A stretch of 64,000 nt of DNA from Candidatus Brocadiia bacterium (GTDB lineage Bacteria > Planctomycetota > PUPC01 > DSUN01), in the NCBI GenBank assembly GCA_046538415.1, contig JBKHIY010000009.1, forward strand, positions 7,642 to 71,641. Direction: 5' to 3'. Positions 43,822 to 53,279 of this stretch are shown here, piece after piece. The notes below the pieces were generated by a model that was not told the origin of the DNA, made no database searches, and saw nothing but the letters and a program-made list of their open reading frames with translations. Both the position numbers and the translations under genes were made by a program. Numbering within the stretch: position 1 is the first letter of the stretch; each line of letters begins with the position of its first letter.

Positions 43822-43901
43822 CCGCCGGCCCGCGGGCCGCCCAGAAGCCGCGGCCGGACTTCGTCGGGGAGAATGGGCCGGGAGGGGAAAGCGGGCGGAC
43901 C

Positions 43902-44129
43902 TCAGGTGCCGAAGAGCTTGCCGATACCCAGGACCTGGCTGTCGGAGGAGGAGGCGGCGGCCCGGTTCTCCTCCCGGATCTGGTCGTAGATTTCCTTGCG
44001 GTAGACGGGCACGGCGCGGGGGGCCTGGACTCCCAGCTTCACCTGGTGGCGAGAGATCTCGAGGACGTGGATCTCCACGCTGTCGCCGAGGACGATGGAC
44101 TCACCCTTGCGGCGGGTTAGCACAAGCAC
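43902..44129 (-). CDS. csrA: carbon storage regulator CsrA (flagellar type)
   Basis: ORF 43902..44135. GTG 44129 lies 6 nt after AAGGAGG and gives the canonical N-terminus (M)LVLTRRKGESIVLGDSVEIHVLEISRHQVKLGVQAPRAVPVYRKEIY. Confidence 0.9.
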   Translation of the reverse strand: MLVLTRRKGESIVLGDSVEIHVLEISRHQVKLGVQAPRAVPVYRKEIYDQIREENRAAASSSDSQVLGIGKLFGT

Positions 44130-44586
44130 GGGCAACCTCCTTGTTGCGCCGCCGCTCGCCCGCGCCGGGGTGGACGGGATAACGGACGGGAAGTTCGCGA
44201 CTCTGAAGCACCACCTGCATGGCGGTGGCGTCCCGCGTGTTCCACACCACGGGGGCCCGGAGGTTCGCGGTGATCGACTGGGGGTCGAGGCTGAGGGTCA
44301 GCAGGAGGAGCAGGCGCGCGTCCTCGGCCCGCTCCAGGCCGATGGCCGCGGCGTCCGCGTCGTCCAGCTCCAGGCCGTAGTCCTCCACCACCAGGTAGGC
44401 GTCCACCAGGGGGAAGAGCACCTCCGGCGCCTCCACGCACTGGGCCCAGAAGACGGGGCGGCTCGCCTCGTCCTCGATGAATGCGTAGTCGGTCCACTGG
44501 CCGAACCCGAGGATGGGGCGCACGAAGCGCACCACCCGGCCCTCGGGCACCTCGACGGTCCCGAAACGGCAGCTCTCAACCTGCAT
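44101..44586 (-). CDS. fliW: flagellar assembly factor FliW
   Basis: ORF 44101..44586. FGTVEVPEGRVVRFVRPILGFG..DYAFIEDE..FWAQCVEAPEVLFPLVD..ANLRAPVVWN. Confidence 0.88.
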   Translation of the reverse strand: MQVESCRFGTVEVPEGRVVRFVRPILGFGQWTDYAFIEDEASRPVFWAQCVEAPEVLFPLVDAYLVVEDYGLELDDADAAAIGLERAEDARLLLLLTLSLDPQSITANLRAPVVWNTRDATAMQVVLQSRELPVRYPVHPGAGERRRNKEVARACANPPQG

Positions 44587-44652
44587 CGCCGTGCCCTCCT
44601 CCTGGGGGAGGCTGAGGGGGTTGCCGGCGAGAGGGGGCCGACAGGGGGGTCA

Positions 44653-45588
44653 TCACAGGTACTCCAGAAGGGTGTGCTTCATCACTTGCGCCGCCATCAC
44701 GAGGGCGGACTGCAAGGCGGTCTGCTGACCGTAGAGCATGGCGGCCGCGGAGGCGAAGTCGGCGTCGTGCACGCGGCTGAGCAGCTCGTCGTCGGCCGTC
44801 ACCCCGTTCTCGATCACCGAGCGGTTGAACTCCAGGCGGGAGGAGCGCCAGCCCAGCCGCCCGGTGGCGGCGACCACGCGGTCGTGGGCCGTGGAGACGG
44901 CGTCGATGTGGTCCGAGAGCGCGCGGGACACCTCCTTGTGGGAGAGGCCCTCGGTGTTGAGCAGCAGGTCGCGAAGCTCGACCAGAGCCTCGAAGGCCCC
45001 CGGCCCCTCGGCGTCGGCCAGGAAGATGGCCGAGCCCGGCTCGTTGGTCTGCACGCGGCTGCCGGGCCCCGCCTCCAGCTCGATGGCGTCGTCGTTGCCC
45101 TGGTAGGTGACCGCGGCGATGCGGCCCAGCGGCCCCCGCTCGGCCGCGAAGGGCGCCGTGTCGTCGGCCGAGCCGGCGAACAGGTAGGTGCCGTTGTAGC
45201 GCTCGTTGGCCCGGTCGATCGTCTGCTGGAGCATCTGGTCCACCGCTTCCCCGAGGCTTCGCCGGGCGGCCTCGTCGCAGGTCGCGTCGGCGCCTTCCAC
45301 GCAGATGGAGCGTGCCTGGACGAACAGGTCGGTGAGCTCCAGGAGGGTGGACGAGGCGTACTCGACGCGGCTTTGGGCCTGCTCCAGGTTGCGGCTGTAC
45401 TGCTCGAGGCGGGTCTTGTGGGCTCGCACCCTCTCGGCCTGGGCGGCGTCGAGGGGCGCGTCGGAGAGGCGGTTGATCCGTCGGCCGGTGGCGAGCTGCT
45501 CCTGGGAGCGCAGCAGGTTCTCGCTGGCGTCGCGGATGGAGGCCAGGGCGGAGCGTGCCAGGGATAGCTGGGTGACGCGGAAGTTCAT
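44653..45588 (-). CDS. flgL: hook-filament junction protein FlgL (HAP3)
   Basis: ORF 44653..45588. MNFRVTQLSLARSALASI..LATGRRINRLSDAP at the N-terminus, and ..DADFASAAAMLYGQQTALQSAL at the C-terminus. Confidence 0.9.
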   Translation of the reverse strand: MNFRVTQLSLARSALASIRDASENLLRSQEQLATGRRINRLSDAPLDAAQAERVRAHKTRLEQYSRNLEQAQSRVEYASSTLLELTDLFVQARSICVEGADATCDEAARRSLGEAVDQMLQQTIDRANERYNGTYLFAGSADDTAPFAAERGPLGRIAAVTYQGNDDAIELEAGPGSRVQTNEPGSAIFLADAEGPGAFEALVELRDLLLNTEGLSHKEVSRALSDHIDAVSTAHDRVVAATGRLGWRSSRLEFNRSVIENGVTADDELLSRVHDADFASAAAMLYGQQTALQSALVMAAQVMKHTLLEYL

Positions 45589-45610
45589 GGGGCCTCTCCA
45601 GGGAGCTGGC

Positions 45611-47905
45611 TCACATCTCCATGAGCAGCCCGGTGAGCTCCTCGATGGTCTTGAGATAGCGGGCGGCGAAGAGGTAGAGCTGCTGGTAGCGGAGCAGCTC
45701 CACCGCCTCCTCGTCCTGGTTCACGCCGGAGATGGAGTCGCGGTGGTTCTGGGCGGTCTCCAGCAGCAGGCGGGCCCCCTCCTCCACCTGTTGGGCGGTG
45801 CGGGCGTCGGTGCCCACCCGGCCGATGAGGTGGGAGTAGAAGTCGCCCACCGTCTCGTCGTCGAGCTCGGGGAAGGCCAGCGCCTGGACCTCGCCCATGC
45901 GGAGGGCATTGGTGTTGTCGCCGTGGGCCTCGGTGCGGGCCGCGGCCAGGCGGTCGAGGTCGGCGGCCACGGCGGGCTCCACGCTCAGGTTGCTCGCGGC
46001 GGTGCCCCGGAAGAGGGTGTTCATGCCCAGGGCGGCGAGGAGTCCCGGCTCGTCGGGCTCGGCGGCCAGTTCCACCGCGAAGGAGTCGCCGTCGCCCACC
46101 AGGCCCTCGCCGAGGGCCAGGCGGATGCCGCCGGGGAGCGCCAGGTCGTCGCCCGGCTCGTAGCCCTCGCCGGCCTCGAGGGTGGCGACGGTCGCCCCCT
46201 GGCTGTCGGTCACCACCACCCGCAGGTCGGCCGCCGGGGCATAGGCGTCGATGGAGAAGCGGTCGCCGGCGGCGAACGTGCCCGGCCCGAAGGTCGCGTC
46301 CACCCCCAGGTCGGTGCCGTTGAGGTCGTCGTAGACGTCGATGGTCCCGCCGTCGAGGGCCAGGGTGGAGCCCCAGGTCGTGCCTCCGTCCTCGCTCACC
46401 CGGTAGGTGGCGGCGGCCAGGTCGCCGCCGTCCACGATCTCGATGAGGTACGACTGGTTGGCCTCGCCGGTGAAGGCGCCGCCGGAGGTGGCCGTGCCCG
46501 CGTAGGTGTTGCCCCCGTCGGCCTCCAGGTCGGCGACGAGCGGCTCGGAGCCGACCACGCAGGTGCCGCCCGCCCCGGCGTGAGTCTGCGAGGTGTCGAC
46601 GGTGAAGGTGTAGGTGTCGCTGGCCTCCAGGTCCACGGCCCCGTCGAGGGTGGCGGCCGCGGTGCCCAGGGTGCCCGGGTGGGTGGGCACGCGGTTGGTG
46701 AAGGCGAAGCGGTAGCCGGCCTCGGCGTCGACGTGCAGGCGGCCGCCGCCCGCGGCGGCCCGCAGGTGGGCCACGCCATCGAGCGCCGCGGCCACGTCGT
46801 CCAGGCTCTGGGACGCCGGGTCGATGTCCAGGCGGGTCTGCACCACTTCGCCGGTGGCCTGGTGGATGACGGAGACGAAGAGGGAGCCGGCCGCGATGTC
46901 GAAGGGCAGGGCGGCGTCGGCCAGGGGGGCCTCGGCGTCGCCCACCAGGGTGGTGCCGTCGAGGGCCGTGAAGCCGCCGTCGCGGCCCACGCCCGTGCTG
47001 TGGCGGCGGTTCACCTCGCGGGCCAGCGTGGTGGCCAGGGCGTCGAGGCGGTCGCGGTAGCCGGGCACGGTGGTCTGGTCGAGGTGGAGGAGGGCGCCCA
47101 GCTTGCCGCTGGAGGCATCCAGGGGGGCCTCGAGCTCGCCCACCACGACCTCCAGGCTGTGGCCCGTGGTGCGCGTTTCCAGCTCGACGGGGCCGTGGGG
47201 AGCGATGAGGGTGAGGCCGTTCATGCGCACGTGGGCCCGCTGGAGCTCGTCGCGGGTCACCTCCAGGGGCATGAGCTCGGCGAGGCGTCGGAGGGCGGTG
47301 GTCTGCTGGTCGAGCAGATCGTTGGGCTGGTGGCCGGCCACGGCGGCGTCGGCGATCTTGAGGTTCAGCTCGTGGACCTCGCGGGCCAGCTGGTTGGCGT
47401 CGTCCACGGCCTGCTGGATGTAGGGGCCGAGCTGGGTGTCGAACTCGGCGAGGCGGGTGGCCAGGTCGTTGAAGCCGTCGGCGAGGGTCTCGGCGTGGCT
47501 GACGACGGCGCCCCGCTCGGCGGTGCCCGCGGGGTTGCGGGCCAGCTCGCGGAAGCTGTTGAAGAAGTTGTCGATGAGGGTGCCCAGCCCGGATTCGAGG
47601 TCGGTGGGGAAGAGCCCCTCGACCACGCCCAGGAGCCCGCTCTGGCAGCTTGCCGAGCCCACCATGGGGTCGCGGGCGAGCACGAGGGCATCGACGAGCT
47701 GGTCGCGGACGGCCCGGATGTCGACCTGCTCGACCCCCGCTCCGGCGGTGAGCCGCAGGGGGTCAGTGGGGGGGATGGAGGCGAAGTGGATCCGCTGGCG
47801 GCTGTAGTTCTCGGTGCCCACGTTGGCGATATTGTGGCCCGTGAGCTGGATGCCCTTCTGGGCGGCCCGCAGGGCGCTCAGGCCGATGTTCAGTCCGGTG
47901 CGCAT
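45611..47905 (-). CDS. flgK: hook-filament junction protein FlgK (HAP1), enlarged (764 aa)
   Basis: ORF 45611..47905. GLNIGLSALRAAQKGIQLTGHNIANVGTENYSRQR at the N-terminus, and ..GVNQDEEAVELLRYQQLYLFAARYL at the C-terminus. Confidence 0.93.
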   Translation of the reverse strand: MRTGLNIGLSALRAAQKGIQLTGHNIANVGTENYSRQRIHFASIPPTDPLRLTAGAGVEQVDIRAVRDQLVDALVLARDPMVGSASCQSGLLGVVEGLFPTDLESGLGTLIDNFFNSFRELARNPAGTAERGAVVSHAETLADGFNDLATRLAEFDTQLGPYIQQAVDDANQLAREVHELNLKIADAAVAGHQPNDLLDQQTTALRRLAELMPLEVTRDELQRAHVRMNGLTLIAPHGPVELETRTTGHSLEVVVGELEAPLDASSGKLGALLHLDQTTVPGYRDRLDALATTLAREVNRRHSTGVGRDGGFTALDGTTLVGDAEAPLADAALPFDIAAGSLFVSVIHQATGEVVQTRLDIDPASQSLDDVAAALDGVAHLRAAAGGGRLHVDAEAGYRFAFTNRVPTHPGTLGTAAATLDGAVDLEASDTYTFTVDTSQTHAGAGGTCVVGSEPLVADLEADGGNTYAGTATSGGAFTGEANQSYLIEIVDGGDLAAATYRVSEDGGTTWGSTLALDGGTIDVYDDLNGTDLGVDATFGPGTFAAGDRFSIDAYAPAADLRVVVTDSQGATVATLEAGEGYEPGDDLALPGGIRLALGEGLVGDGDSFAVELAAEPDEPGLLAALGMNTLFRGTAASNLSVEPAVAADLDRLAAARTEAHGDNTNALRMGEVQALAFPELDDETVGDFYSHLIGRVGTDARTAQQVEEGARLLLETAQNHRDSISGVNQDEEAVELLRYQQLYLFAARYLKTIEELTGLLMEM

Positions 47906-47917
47906 GGCCGCACTCCC

Positions 47918-48418
47918 TCAGAGCACCTGGTCCACGCGGGTGGCGTCGTGGCCGCGGGGCTCCTGGCGTCCGCCGGGGGTATAGGTGTCGGGCTCTGCGG
48001 CGGCTCCGAAGACGGCGTCGAGGATTTCGCCGGTGAGCTCGATGGAGCAGCGCAGGAGCTGGAAGTTCATGCGGTTCACGTCGTTGATCTGGGCGGCGAG
48101 GTCGAGCAGGTGCTGGCGTCGCGCGGCCAGCTCGTCGCGCTGGGGGGGCTCGAGCAGCGCGATGAGGTCGGCAAGGCGCGAGGTGGGGCCGAGGGCCTCG
48201 TGGCGCTGGGCGAGCTGGTGGCGGATGGCCAGGCGTTCGGCCTCCAGCTCGTTGGCCCCGCGCACCAGCCGCTCCTCGCGGGCCACCACGTCGGCGAGGG
48301 CGTGGGCCTCGCTGGCCACGATGGCGCGCTGCTTGACCCGCTCGGTCTCGAGGATGTCCTCGTAGAGCCGCGCGGTCCGCTCCAGGTTGTCACTCATGCG
48401 CTTCACGGCGTGCTGCAT
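47918..48418 (-). CDS. flgN: FlgN-family export chaperone
   Basis: ORF 47918..48418. LERTARLYEDILETERVKQRAIV..LLDLAAQINDVNRMNFQLL. The position directly upstream of flgK is canonical. Confidence 0.7.
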   Translation of the reverse strand: MQHAVKRMSDNLERTARLYEDILETERVKQRAIVASEAHALADVVAREERLVRGANELEAERLAIRHQLAQRHEALGPTSRLADLIALLEPPQRDELAARRQHLLDLAAQINDVNRMNFQLLRCSIELTGEILDAVFGAAAEPDTYTPGGRQEPRGHDATRVDQVL

Positions 48419-48809
48419 CGGGGGTCTCCGCTCGTTCGGGGCGGTGCGCGGGGTCCGCGTGCTGGTGCGGCGGCGCGGCGCGGCGGGCGAGCTGTCGCTC
48501 CAGGGTCCTGGCGATGCCGATGCCGCCGGCCCGGGCCACGGCCTGGGCGAGGGCGTCGTCGAGCAGGTGGTCGCAGGTCTCCTGGGCCGGGCCGTGGGGC
48601 AGCAGGCCGCCCTGGGGCACCGTCTGGCGCATCTCGCGGAGCAGCCAGCTCACGAAGTGGGCCTCCAGCATCTGGCATGCCTGGCGCAGCTCGGCCCGGG
48701 CCCCGGCCTGTCCCTCCTGGGCGGCTGCCGCGAGGCGCTGGAGGCGCTGGGCCATGGCCTGGGGCGGGCCGGCGGGCAGGTGGGGCACGGGCGCGGCGTC
48801 CAGGGGCAT
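48390..48809 (-). CDS. flgJ: rod-binding protein (FlgJ N-terminal domain only, no muramidase domain)
   Basis: ORF 48390..48809. ACQMLEAHFVSWLLREMRQT...LLDDALAQAVARAGGIGIARTLERQL matches the Rod_binding pattern. Confidence 0.75.
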   Translation of the reverse strand: MPLDAAPVPHLPAGPPQAMAQRLQRLAAAAQEGQAGARAELRQACQMLEAHFVSWLLREMRQTVPQGGLLPHGPAQETCDHLLDDALAQAVARAGGIGIARTLERQLARRAAPPHQHADPAHRPERAETPDAARREAHE

Positions 48810-48821
48810 CGGGCCTCCTCC

Positions 48822-49955
48822 CTACATCACGATGAGCTCGGCGGGCAGCGCCCCGGCCCGCTTGATGGCCTGGAAGATGGCCACGATGTCGTTGGGCTTG
48901 ACCCCCAGGGCGTTGAGAGCCTTGGCCACGTCGGCCACGGTGGGCGCCGGGTCGATGACCACGAAGCGGCGCTCGGTCTCCCGGACCTCCAGTTGGGTGT
49001 CGGGCACGACCACCGTCTCGCCGTCGGAGAGGGGCGCGGGCTGGGAGATGCCCGCGCTCTCCTTGGTGATGAACACCAGGCTGCCGTGGGCGATGGCCAC
49101 CTTGGCGATCCGCACCTGGGCTCCGCCCACGATGGTGCCCGTGCGCTCGTTGATGATCACGCGGGCCGGGCTGTCGGGCTGGACGGCCACCTCCTCCAGG
49201 CGGGCGATGAAGGCCACCATGCCCTCGCCCTCGGGGGTCTCGGGCGGCACGGCCACGCGCACGGTGCCCCCGTCGACGGCCCGGGCGGCCTTGGGGAAGC
49301 GGCGATTGATGGCCTCGGCCACGCGAGAGGCGGTGGTGAAGTCGGGCTCCCGCAGGCACACGGTGAGCGAGGAGCCGGCGACGAGGGTCACCGGCACCTC
49401 GCGCTCGACCAGCGCCCCGTTGGGGATGTTGCCCACCGTGGGATGGCCCTTGGTGATGCTCGCCGCGGCGCCGCCGGCGGAGAAGCCGCCCGTGGAGATG
49501 GCCCCCTGGGCCACGGCGTAGACCCGGCGGTCGGCCCCGTAGAGGGGGGTCTGGAGGAGCACCCCGCCCTGGAGGCTCTTGGCGTCGGCCAGGGAGGAGA
49601 CCAGGCAGTCGATGCGCGTGCCCGCTCGCACGAAGGCCGGGAGGTCGGCGGTCACGGTGACCACGGCCACGTTCTTGGCGTCCAGGTCGTCGGGGTCGAT
49701 GGTCACGTCCATGCGTTCCAGGAAGTTGCCCAGGATGTCGCTCACGATCTCCGAGGTGTCGCCGGTGCCGTTGAGGCCCACCACGATGCCGTAGCCGAGG
49801 AGCTGGTTGTCCCGCGCCCCCTGGACGTGAGCGATGTCCTTGAGCCGCACCGCGGGCATGGCCGGCCCCTCGGCCTCCGGCCGTGCCGCGGGCGGCTGGG
49901 CCGCTGCCGCGGTGGCGGCGAGGGATAGAGCTGCGAGCAGGGCGTTGGCGTTCAT
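48822..49955 (-). CDS. flgI: flagellar P-ring protein FlgI
   Basis: ORF 48822..49955. A signal peptide, then RLKDIAHVQGARDNQLLGYGIVVGLNGTGD...AKSLQGGVLLQTPL...LNALGVKPNDIVAIFQAIKRAGALPAELIVM. Confidence 0.95.
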   Translation of the reverse strand: MNANALLAALSLAATAAAAQPPAARPEAEGPAMPAVRLKDIAHVQGARDNQLLGYGIVVGLNGTGDTSEIVSDILGNFLERMDVTIDPDDLDAKNVAVVTVTADLPAFVRAGTRIDCLVSSLADAKSLQGGVLLQTPLYGADRRVYAVAQGAISTGGFSAGGAAASITKGHPTVGNIPNGALVEREVPVTLVAGSSLTVCLREPDFTTASRVAEAINRRFPKAARAVDGGTVRVAVPPETPEGEGMVAFIARLEEVAVQPDSPARVIINERTGTIVGGAQVRIAKVAIAHGSLVFITKESAGISQPAPLSDGETVVVPDTQLEVRETERRFVVIDPAPTVADVAKALNALGVKPNDIVAIFQAIKRAGALPAELIVM

Positions 49956-50019
49956 GGCCTGGGCTCCGAGGCGGCGAGGCGCATCGCTTGCCGGGCGGGC
50001 TCCCGCCCGAGGCGGGGCG

Positions 50020-50667
50020 TCAGAAGGGCCATACGAAGTCGATGACGTGGGCGAAGAAGCCCTTGTTGCGGACCCGCATGGCCGGCCCGCGGCCCTCGTA
50101 GCTCATGCGGGCCTGGGCGATGTGCTCGGACCGCACGGTGTTCTGGGCCGTGATGTCGGCTGGGCGGACGATGCCCGAGAGGCACACCAGCCGCACGTCG
50201 CGCCCGTGGCGCACCTGGCGGGTGGCCTCGATCAGGAGATTGCCGTTGGGCAGGACCTCCTTGACGGCGGCGGCGATGCGCAGCTCGAGTTCTTCCTTCG
50301 ACTCCGTCTTGGCCGTCGAGTCGTGCTTGCGCGAGGCCTCCCACTCCACGGCGGGCAAGCCGGCCTCGGCGGCGGTGGTGGTCGTGGTGGCCGCGGGGTC
50401 GGGCTTGTTGATGCCCAGGACGTTCTGGATCTTCTTGATGGCGCCGCCGGTCTCCGTGGCCTGGGAGTGGCTCTGGCTGAGGTCCGTGGTGGCCTTGGCC
50501 TCCTCGTCGATGAGGATGGTCACGATGTCCCCCACGCGGCGGGCCTTGAGGTCCGAGAACCACCCGGGCCGCGGCTGCTCGGAGCCCGGCCACAGGGAAT
50601 CGGCGGACGCCGGCCCCGCGGGGAGCACGGCCAGGAGAATCGCCAGGGCGGGAATGCGAGCGGACAT
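50020..50667 (-). CDS. flgH: flagellar L-ring protein FlgH
   Basis: ORF 50020..50667. DLKARRVGDIVTILIDE...AAAVKEVLPNGNLLIEATRQV..LSGIVRPADI. Confidence 0.92.
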   Translation of the reverse strand: MSARIPALAILLAVLPAGPASADSLWPGSEQPRPGWFSDLKARRVGDIVTILIDEEAKATTDLSQSHSQATETGGAIKKIQNVLGINKPDPAATTTTTAAEAGLPAVEWEASRKHDSTAKTESKEELELRIAAAVKEVLPNGNLLIEATRQVRHGRDVRLVCLSGIVRPADITAQNTVRSEHIAQARMSYEGRGPAMRVRNKGFFAHVIDFVWPF

Positions 50668-50694
50668 GGCATCTCGCTCCTCGTGTGCACGCGG

Positions 50695-51666
50695 CTAGAA
50701 GGGCACCTGCACCGTGCGGCCATCGACCACGTGGCCCTGGACCACCTTCCGGGAATCCACGTTCACCACCCCGATCACCTCGCCCACGGCGCCGTCCTGC
50801 TGGGCGATGCCCCGGGCCGTGATGCGCATCCCCGGGGCCTCCACCACCAGGCTCACCAGCGAGCCCCGCCGCACCACGCGGGCGGGGGCTAGCACCCGGC
50901 GGGTGAGCACGGCGAAGGCGGGCAGCGGCTGGCGACATTCCTTGCCCAGGGCCTCCGCCAGGTCGCCGATCGCCTCGTTGCCAAGACTGGTCAGCTCCGT
51001 GCGCTGGAACTGCACGTCGTCCTTCGTGATCCGCTGCCCGCGGCGGAGCCGCCGTCGGGCCACCAGCACCCGCTGGAAGACCCGCACGTTGAGCAGCACG
51101 CTGGTGTGGCCCACCACGCGGGCCCCCTCCTGGACCGTGACCTGGACGGGCACGGTGCCCAGCAGGCGCCGTCCGCGCCCCGTGGTCACGGTGTAGCGCA
51201 CCTCGTGCCCCGTGCCCCTCAGGCGCAGGTCGGCGGCGGGGCGCTGGACCTCCACGATCAGGTCCTCGTCGGGCCAGGGCAGGGCCGCTCGCACCTCGTC
51301 CACGGCCGCCTGGGCGATGGCTTCGCCGGGCAGCACGGTGGCCGCGCGGCGCACGCTGGTGGCCGCCGGCCCCGCCCACTGCACCGACGCCGGCTCCACC
51401 TGCTCCTGGCGCAGCCGCAGGGCAAGGAACTCGCGGGTGAAGCGGCGGTCGTGCCCCGGGCTGGGCGCAGGCCCCAGGTCGATGTCGCCCAGCCGGTGGG
51501 CCAGGTCGCCCTGGCGGGCGTCCACCTCGGCCAGGTCGCCCAGGGTCACCCGCTCGGAGTCCACCGTGGCGGTGGGGCGGAGGGTGAGGGTCACCGGCTC
51601 CCCGGCCGCGGCGAGGGCGGCGAAGAGCACGAGGACGGCGGCTACGGCGGAGCGCATGTGGGGCAC
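50695..51666 (-). CDS. flgA: P-ring assembly chaperone FlgA
   Basis: ORF 50695..51666. A signal peptide, then a C-terminal SAF-like domain (VVRRGSLVSLVVEAPGMRITARGIAQQDGAVGEVIGVVNVDSRKVVQGHVV). Confidence 0.85.
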   Translation of the reverse strand: MPHMRSAVAAVLVLFAALAAAGEPVTLTLRPTATVDSERVTLGDLAEVDARQGDLAHRLGDIDLGPAPSPGHDRRFTREFLALRLRQEQVEPASVQWAGPAATSVRRAATVLPGEAIAQAAVDEVRAALPWPDEDLIVEVQRPAADLRLRGTGHEVRYTVTTGRGRRLLGTVPVQVTVQEGARVVGHTSVLLNVRVFQRVLVARRRLRRGQRITKDDVQFQRTELTSLGNEAIGDLAEALGKECRQPLPAFAVLTRRVLAPARVVRRGSLVSLVVEAPGMRITARGIAQQDGAVGEVIGVVNVDSRKVVQGHVVDGRTVQVPF

Positions 51667-51677
51667 AGCTCCTGGGG

Positions 51678-52469
51678 CTAGCGGACCACGTTGTTGGCCT
51701 GCTCGAGCATGCTGTCGCTGGTGCGGATGGCCCGGGAGTTCACCTCGTAGGCCCGCTGGGCGATGATGAGGCTCACCAGCTCGGTCACCACGTCCACGTT
51801 GGAGCCTTCGAGGAAGCCGTGATTGAGCTCGCCCAGGCCGTTGGCCCCGGGGGTGCCCACGGTGGGCGAGCCCGAGGCCACGGTCTCCGCGTAGAGATTC
51901 CCGCCCAGGGCCTCCAGGCCCGCGGGGTTGGGAAACGAGGCGATCTGAATCTGGCCCACCACCTGGGCGTCCTGCGAGGAGCCGGTGCGCACGGTCACCG
52001 TGCCGTCCGGGCCCACCGCTACGTCCGTAGTATCGGACGGGACCGTGATCTGGGGGCTGAGCAGGTAGCCCTGGGCGGTGACCAGCTGGCCCTGGGCATT
52101 CACGCGGAACGAGCCGTCGCGAGTGTAGACCGTCTGGCCCAGGGCGGGCTGGACGATCTGGAAGAAGCCGCCTCCGCTGATGGCCAGGTCGAACTTGCCC
52201 CCCGTGGGCTGGAGCGAGCCCTGCTTGAAGTTCCGCAGCGTCGAGATGTGCCGCACCCCCGAGCCGATCTCCAGGCCGCTGGGCATCTGGTAGCCCTGCA
52301 CCGACTCCGCGCCAGGGCTCACCAACGTCTCGTAGAGCAGGTCCTGGAAGTCCAGCCGCGTCTTCTTGAACCCCGTGGTGTTCACGTTCGCGATGTTGTT
52401 GGAGATGTTGTCCACCCGCAGTTGCTGGGCCTTCATCCCCGTGGCGGACGTGAAGAGCGACCTGAGCAT
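51678..52469 (-). CDS. flgG: flagellar distal rod protein FlgG
   Basis: Inner part of ORF 51678..52484. ATG 52469 lies 6 nt after GGAGG and gives MLRSLFTSATGMKAQQLRVDNISNNIANVNTTGFKK. The C-terminus has ..LIIAQRAYEVNSRAI. Confidence 0.95.
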   Translation of the reverse strand: MLRSLFTSATGMKAQQLRVDNISNNIANVNTTGFKKTRLDFQDLLYETLVSPGAESVQGYQMPSGLEIGSGVRHISTLRNFKQGSLQPTGGKFDLAISGGGFFQIVQPALGQTVYTRDGSFRVNAQGQLVTAQGYLLSPQITVPSDTTDVAVGPDGTVTVRTGSSQDAQVVGQIQIASFPNPAGLEALGGNLYAETVASGSPTVGTPGANGLGELNHGFLEGSNVDVVTELVSLIIAQRAYEVNSRAIRTSDSMLEQANNVVR

Positions 52470-52494
52470 GGCCATCCTCCGCAAAGGGCGGTCT

Positions 52495-53217
52495 CTAGCT
52501 GGCGGCCTCGTTCAACTGCTCCATGCTTTCGTCGATGGACACCAGGGCCCGCTGGGCGGCCTCGAAGCCGCGCAGCGTCGTGATCATCGCCACCAGTTCG
52601 TCGATGGCGTTCGTGTTCGAGCCCTCCACCGCTCCCTGCACCACCGTGGCACCCTCGAGGGTGGCGGGAGCCGCCGCTCCGTCGGACAGGGCGAAGGCCG
52701 TGTAGGCCGCGGGACGCAGCACCTCGGGCTGCGGGATGTCCACCACCCACACGCGGCCTACCTCGGCGCCGTCGGCGAACACCCGGCCCTCGCGGTCCAC
52801 CACCAGCTCCGTGGTCTCCTCCGGGATGCGCACTGGGCCGCCCCCGGCGCCCACCAGGCCGCGGCCCACCGTGTCCACCACCCGGCCCTCGCCGTCGAGC
52901 ACGAAGCTGCCCTTGCGCGTGTAGACGTAGCCGCTCTGTGCCTGGAGCACGAAAAAGCCCTGGCCCTGGATGGCCAGGTCGAGCGGCCGCTCCGTGGTCA
53001 CCAGGGGGCCGGGGCTGAAGTCGACCACCACGTCGTCGACCTCCGCGCCCGCCAGGCCGCCCAGCTCCGCGGCCAGCTCCGCCTGAAAGGGCTCGAAGAG
53101 CGCCAGGCGGCGCTTGTAGCCCCCCGTGTCGACGTTCGCCAGGTTGTGGGCCAGCACCTCCTGGGCACGGAGGTAGGCCTCGAGCCCGCTGGCGGCGGAG
53201 TAGACTCCAGCGTCCAT
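52495..53217 (-). CDS. flgF: flagellar proximal rod protein FlgF
   Basis: Inner part of ORF 52495..53283. ATG 53217 lies 9 nt after AAGGAG. MDAGVYSAASGLEAYLRAQEVLAHNLANVDTGGYKRR at the N-terminus, and ..MITTLRGFEAAQRAL at the C-terminus. Confidence 0.88.
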   Translation of the reverse strand: MDAGVYSAASGLEAYLRAQEVLAHNLANVDTGGYKRRLALFEPFQAELAAELGGLAGAEVDDVVVDFSPGPLVTTERPLDLAIQGQGFFVLQAQSGYVYTRKGSFVLDGEGRVVDTVGRGLVGAGGGPVRIPEETTELVVDREGRVFADGAEVGRVWVVDIPQPEVLRPAAYTAFALSDGAAAPATLEGATVVQGAVEGSNTNAIDELVAMITTLRGFEAAQRALVSIDESMEQLNEAAS

Positions 53218-53279
53218 ACGGGGCTGCTCCTTCTGCGAGCCGGTTCGGATGGACTCAGTCGCGGCCACGGCGGGAAGGC

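Noticed and set aside
43920-43927. GCCGATAC (sigma-28-type -10) on the plus strand inside csrA. A second copy lies at 11404-11411.
   Set aside because: The csrA copy lies in coding sequence (..LGIGKLF.. on the opposite strand), with no TAAA at -35 and no downstream plus-strand gene. The 11404 copy also lacks a -35 element, so it is mentioned only as a weak possibility for the flgM operon.
50020-50667. FlgH lacks a lipobox Cys (N-terminus ...LPAGPASADSLW).
   Set aside because: It probably has a signal-peptidase-I site instead. Non-lipidated FlgH is plausible outside Proteobacteria, and a single N-terminus read by eye is insufficient to call it unusual.
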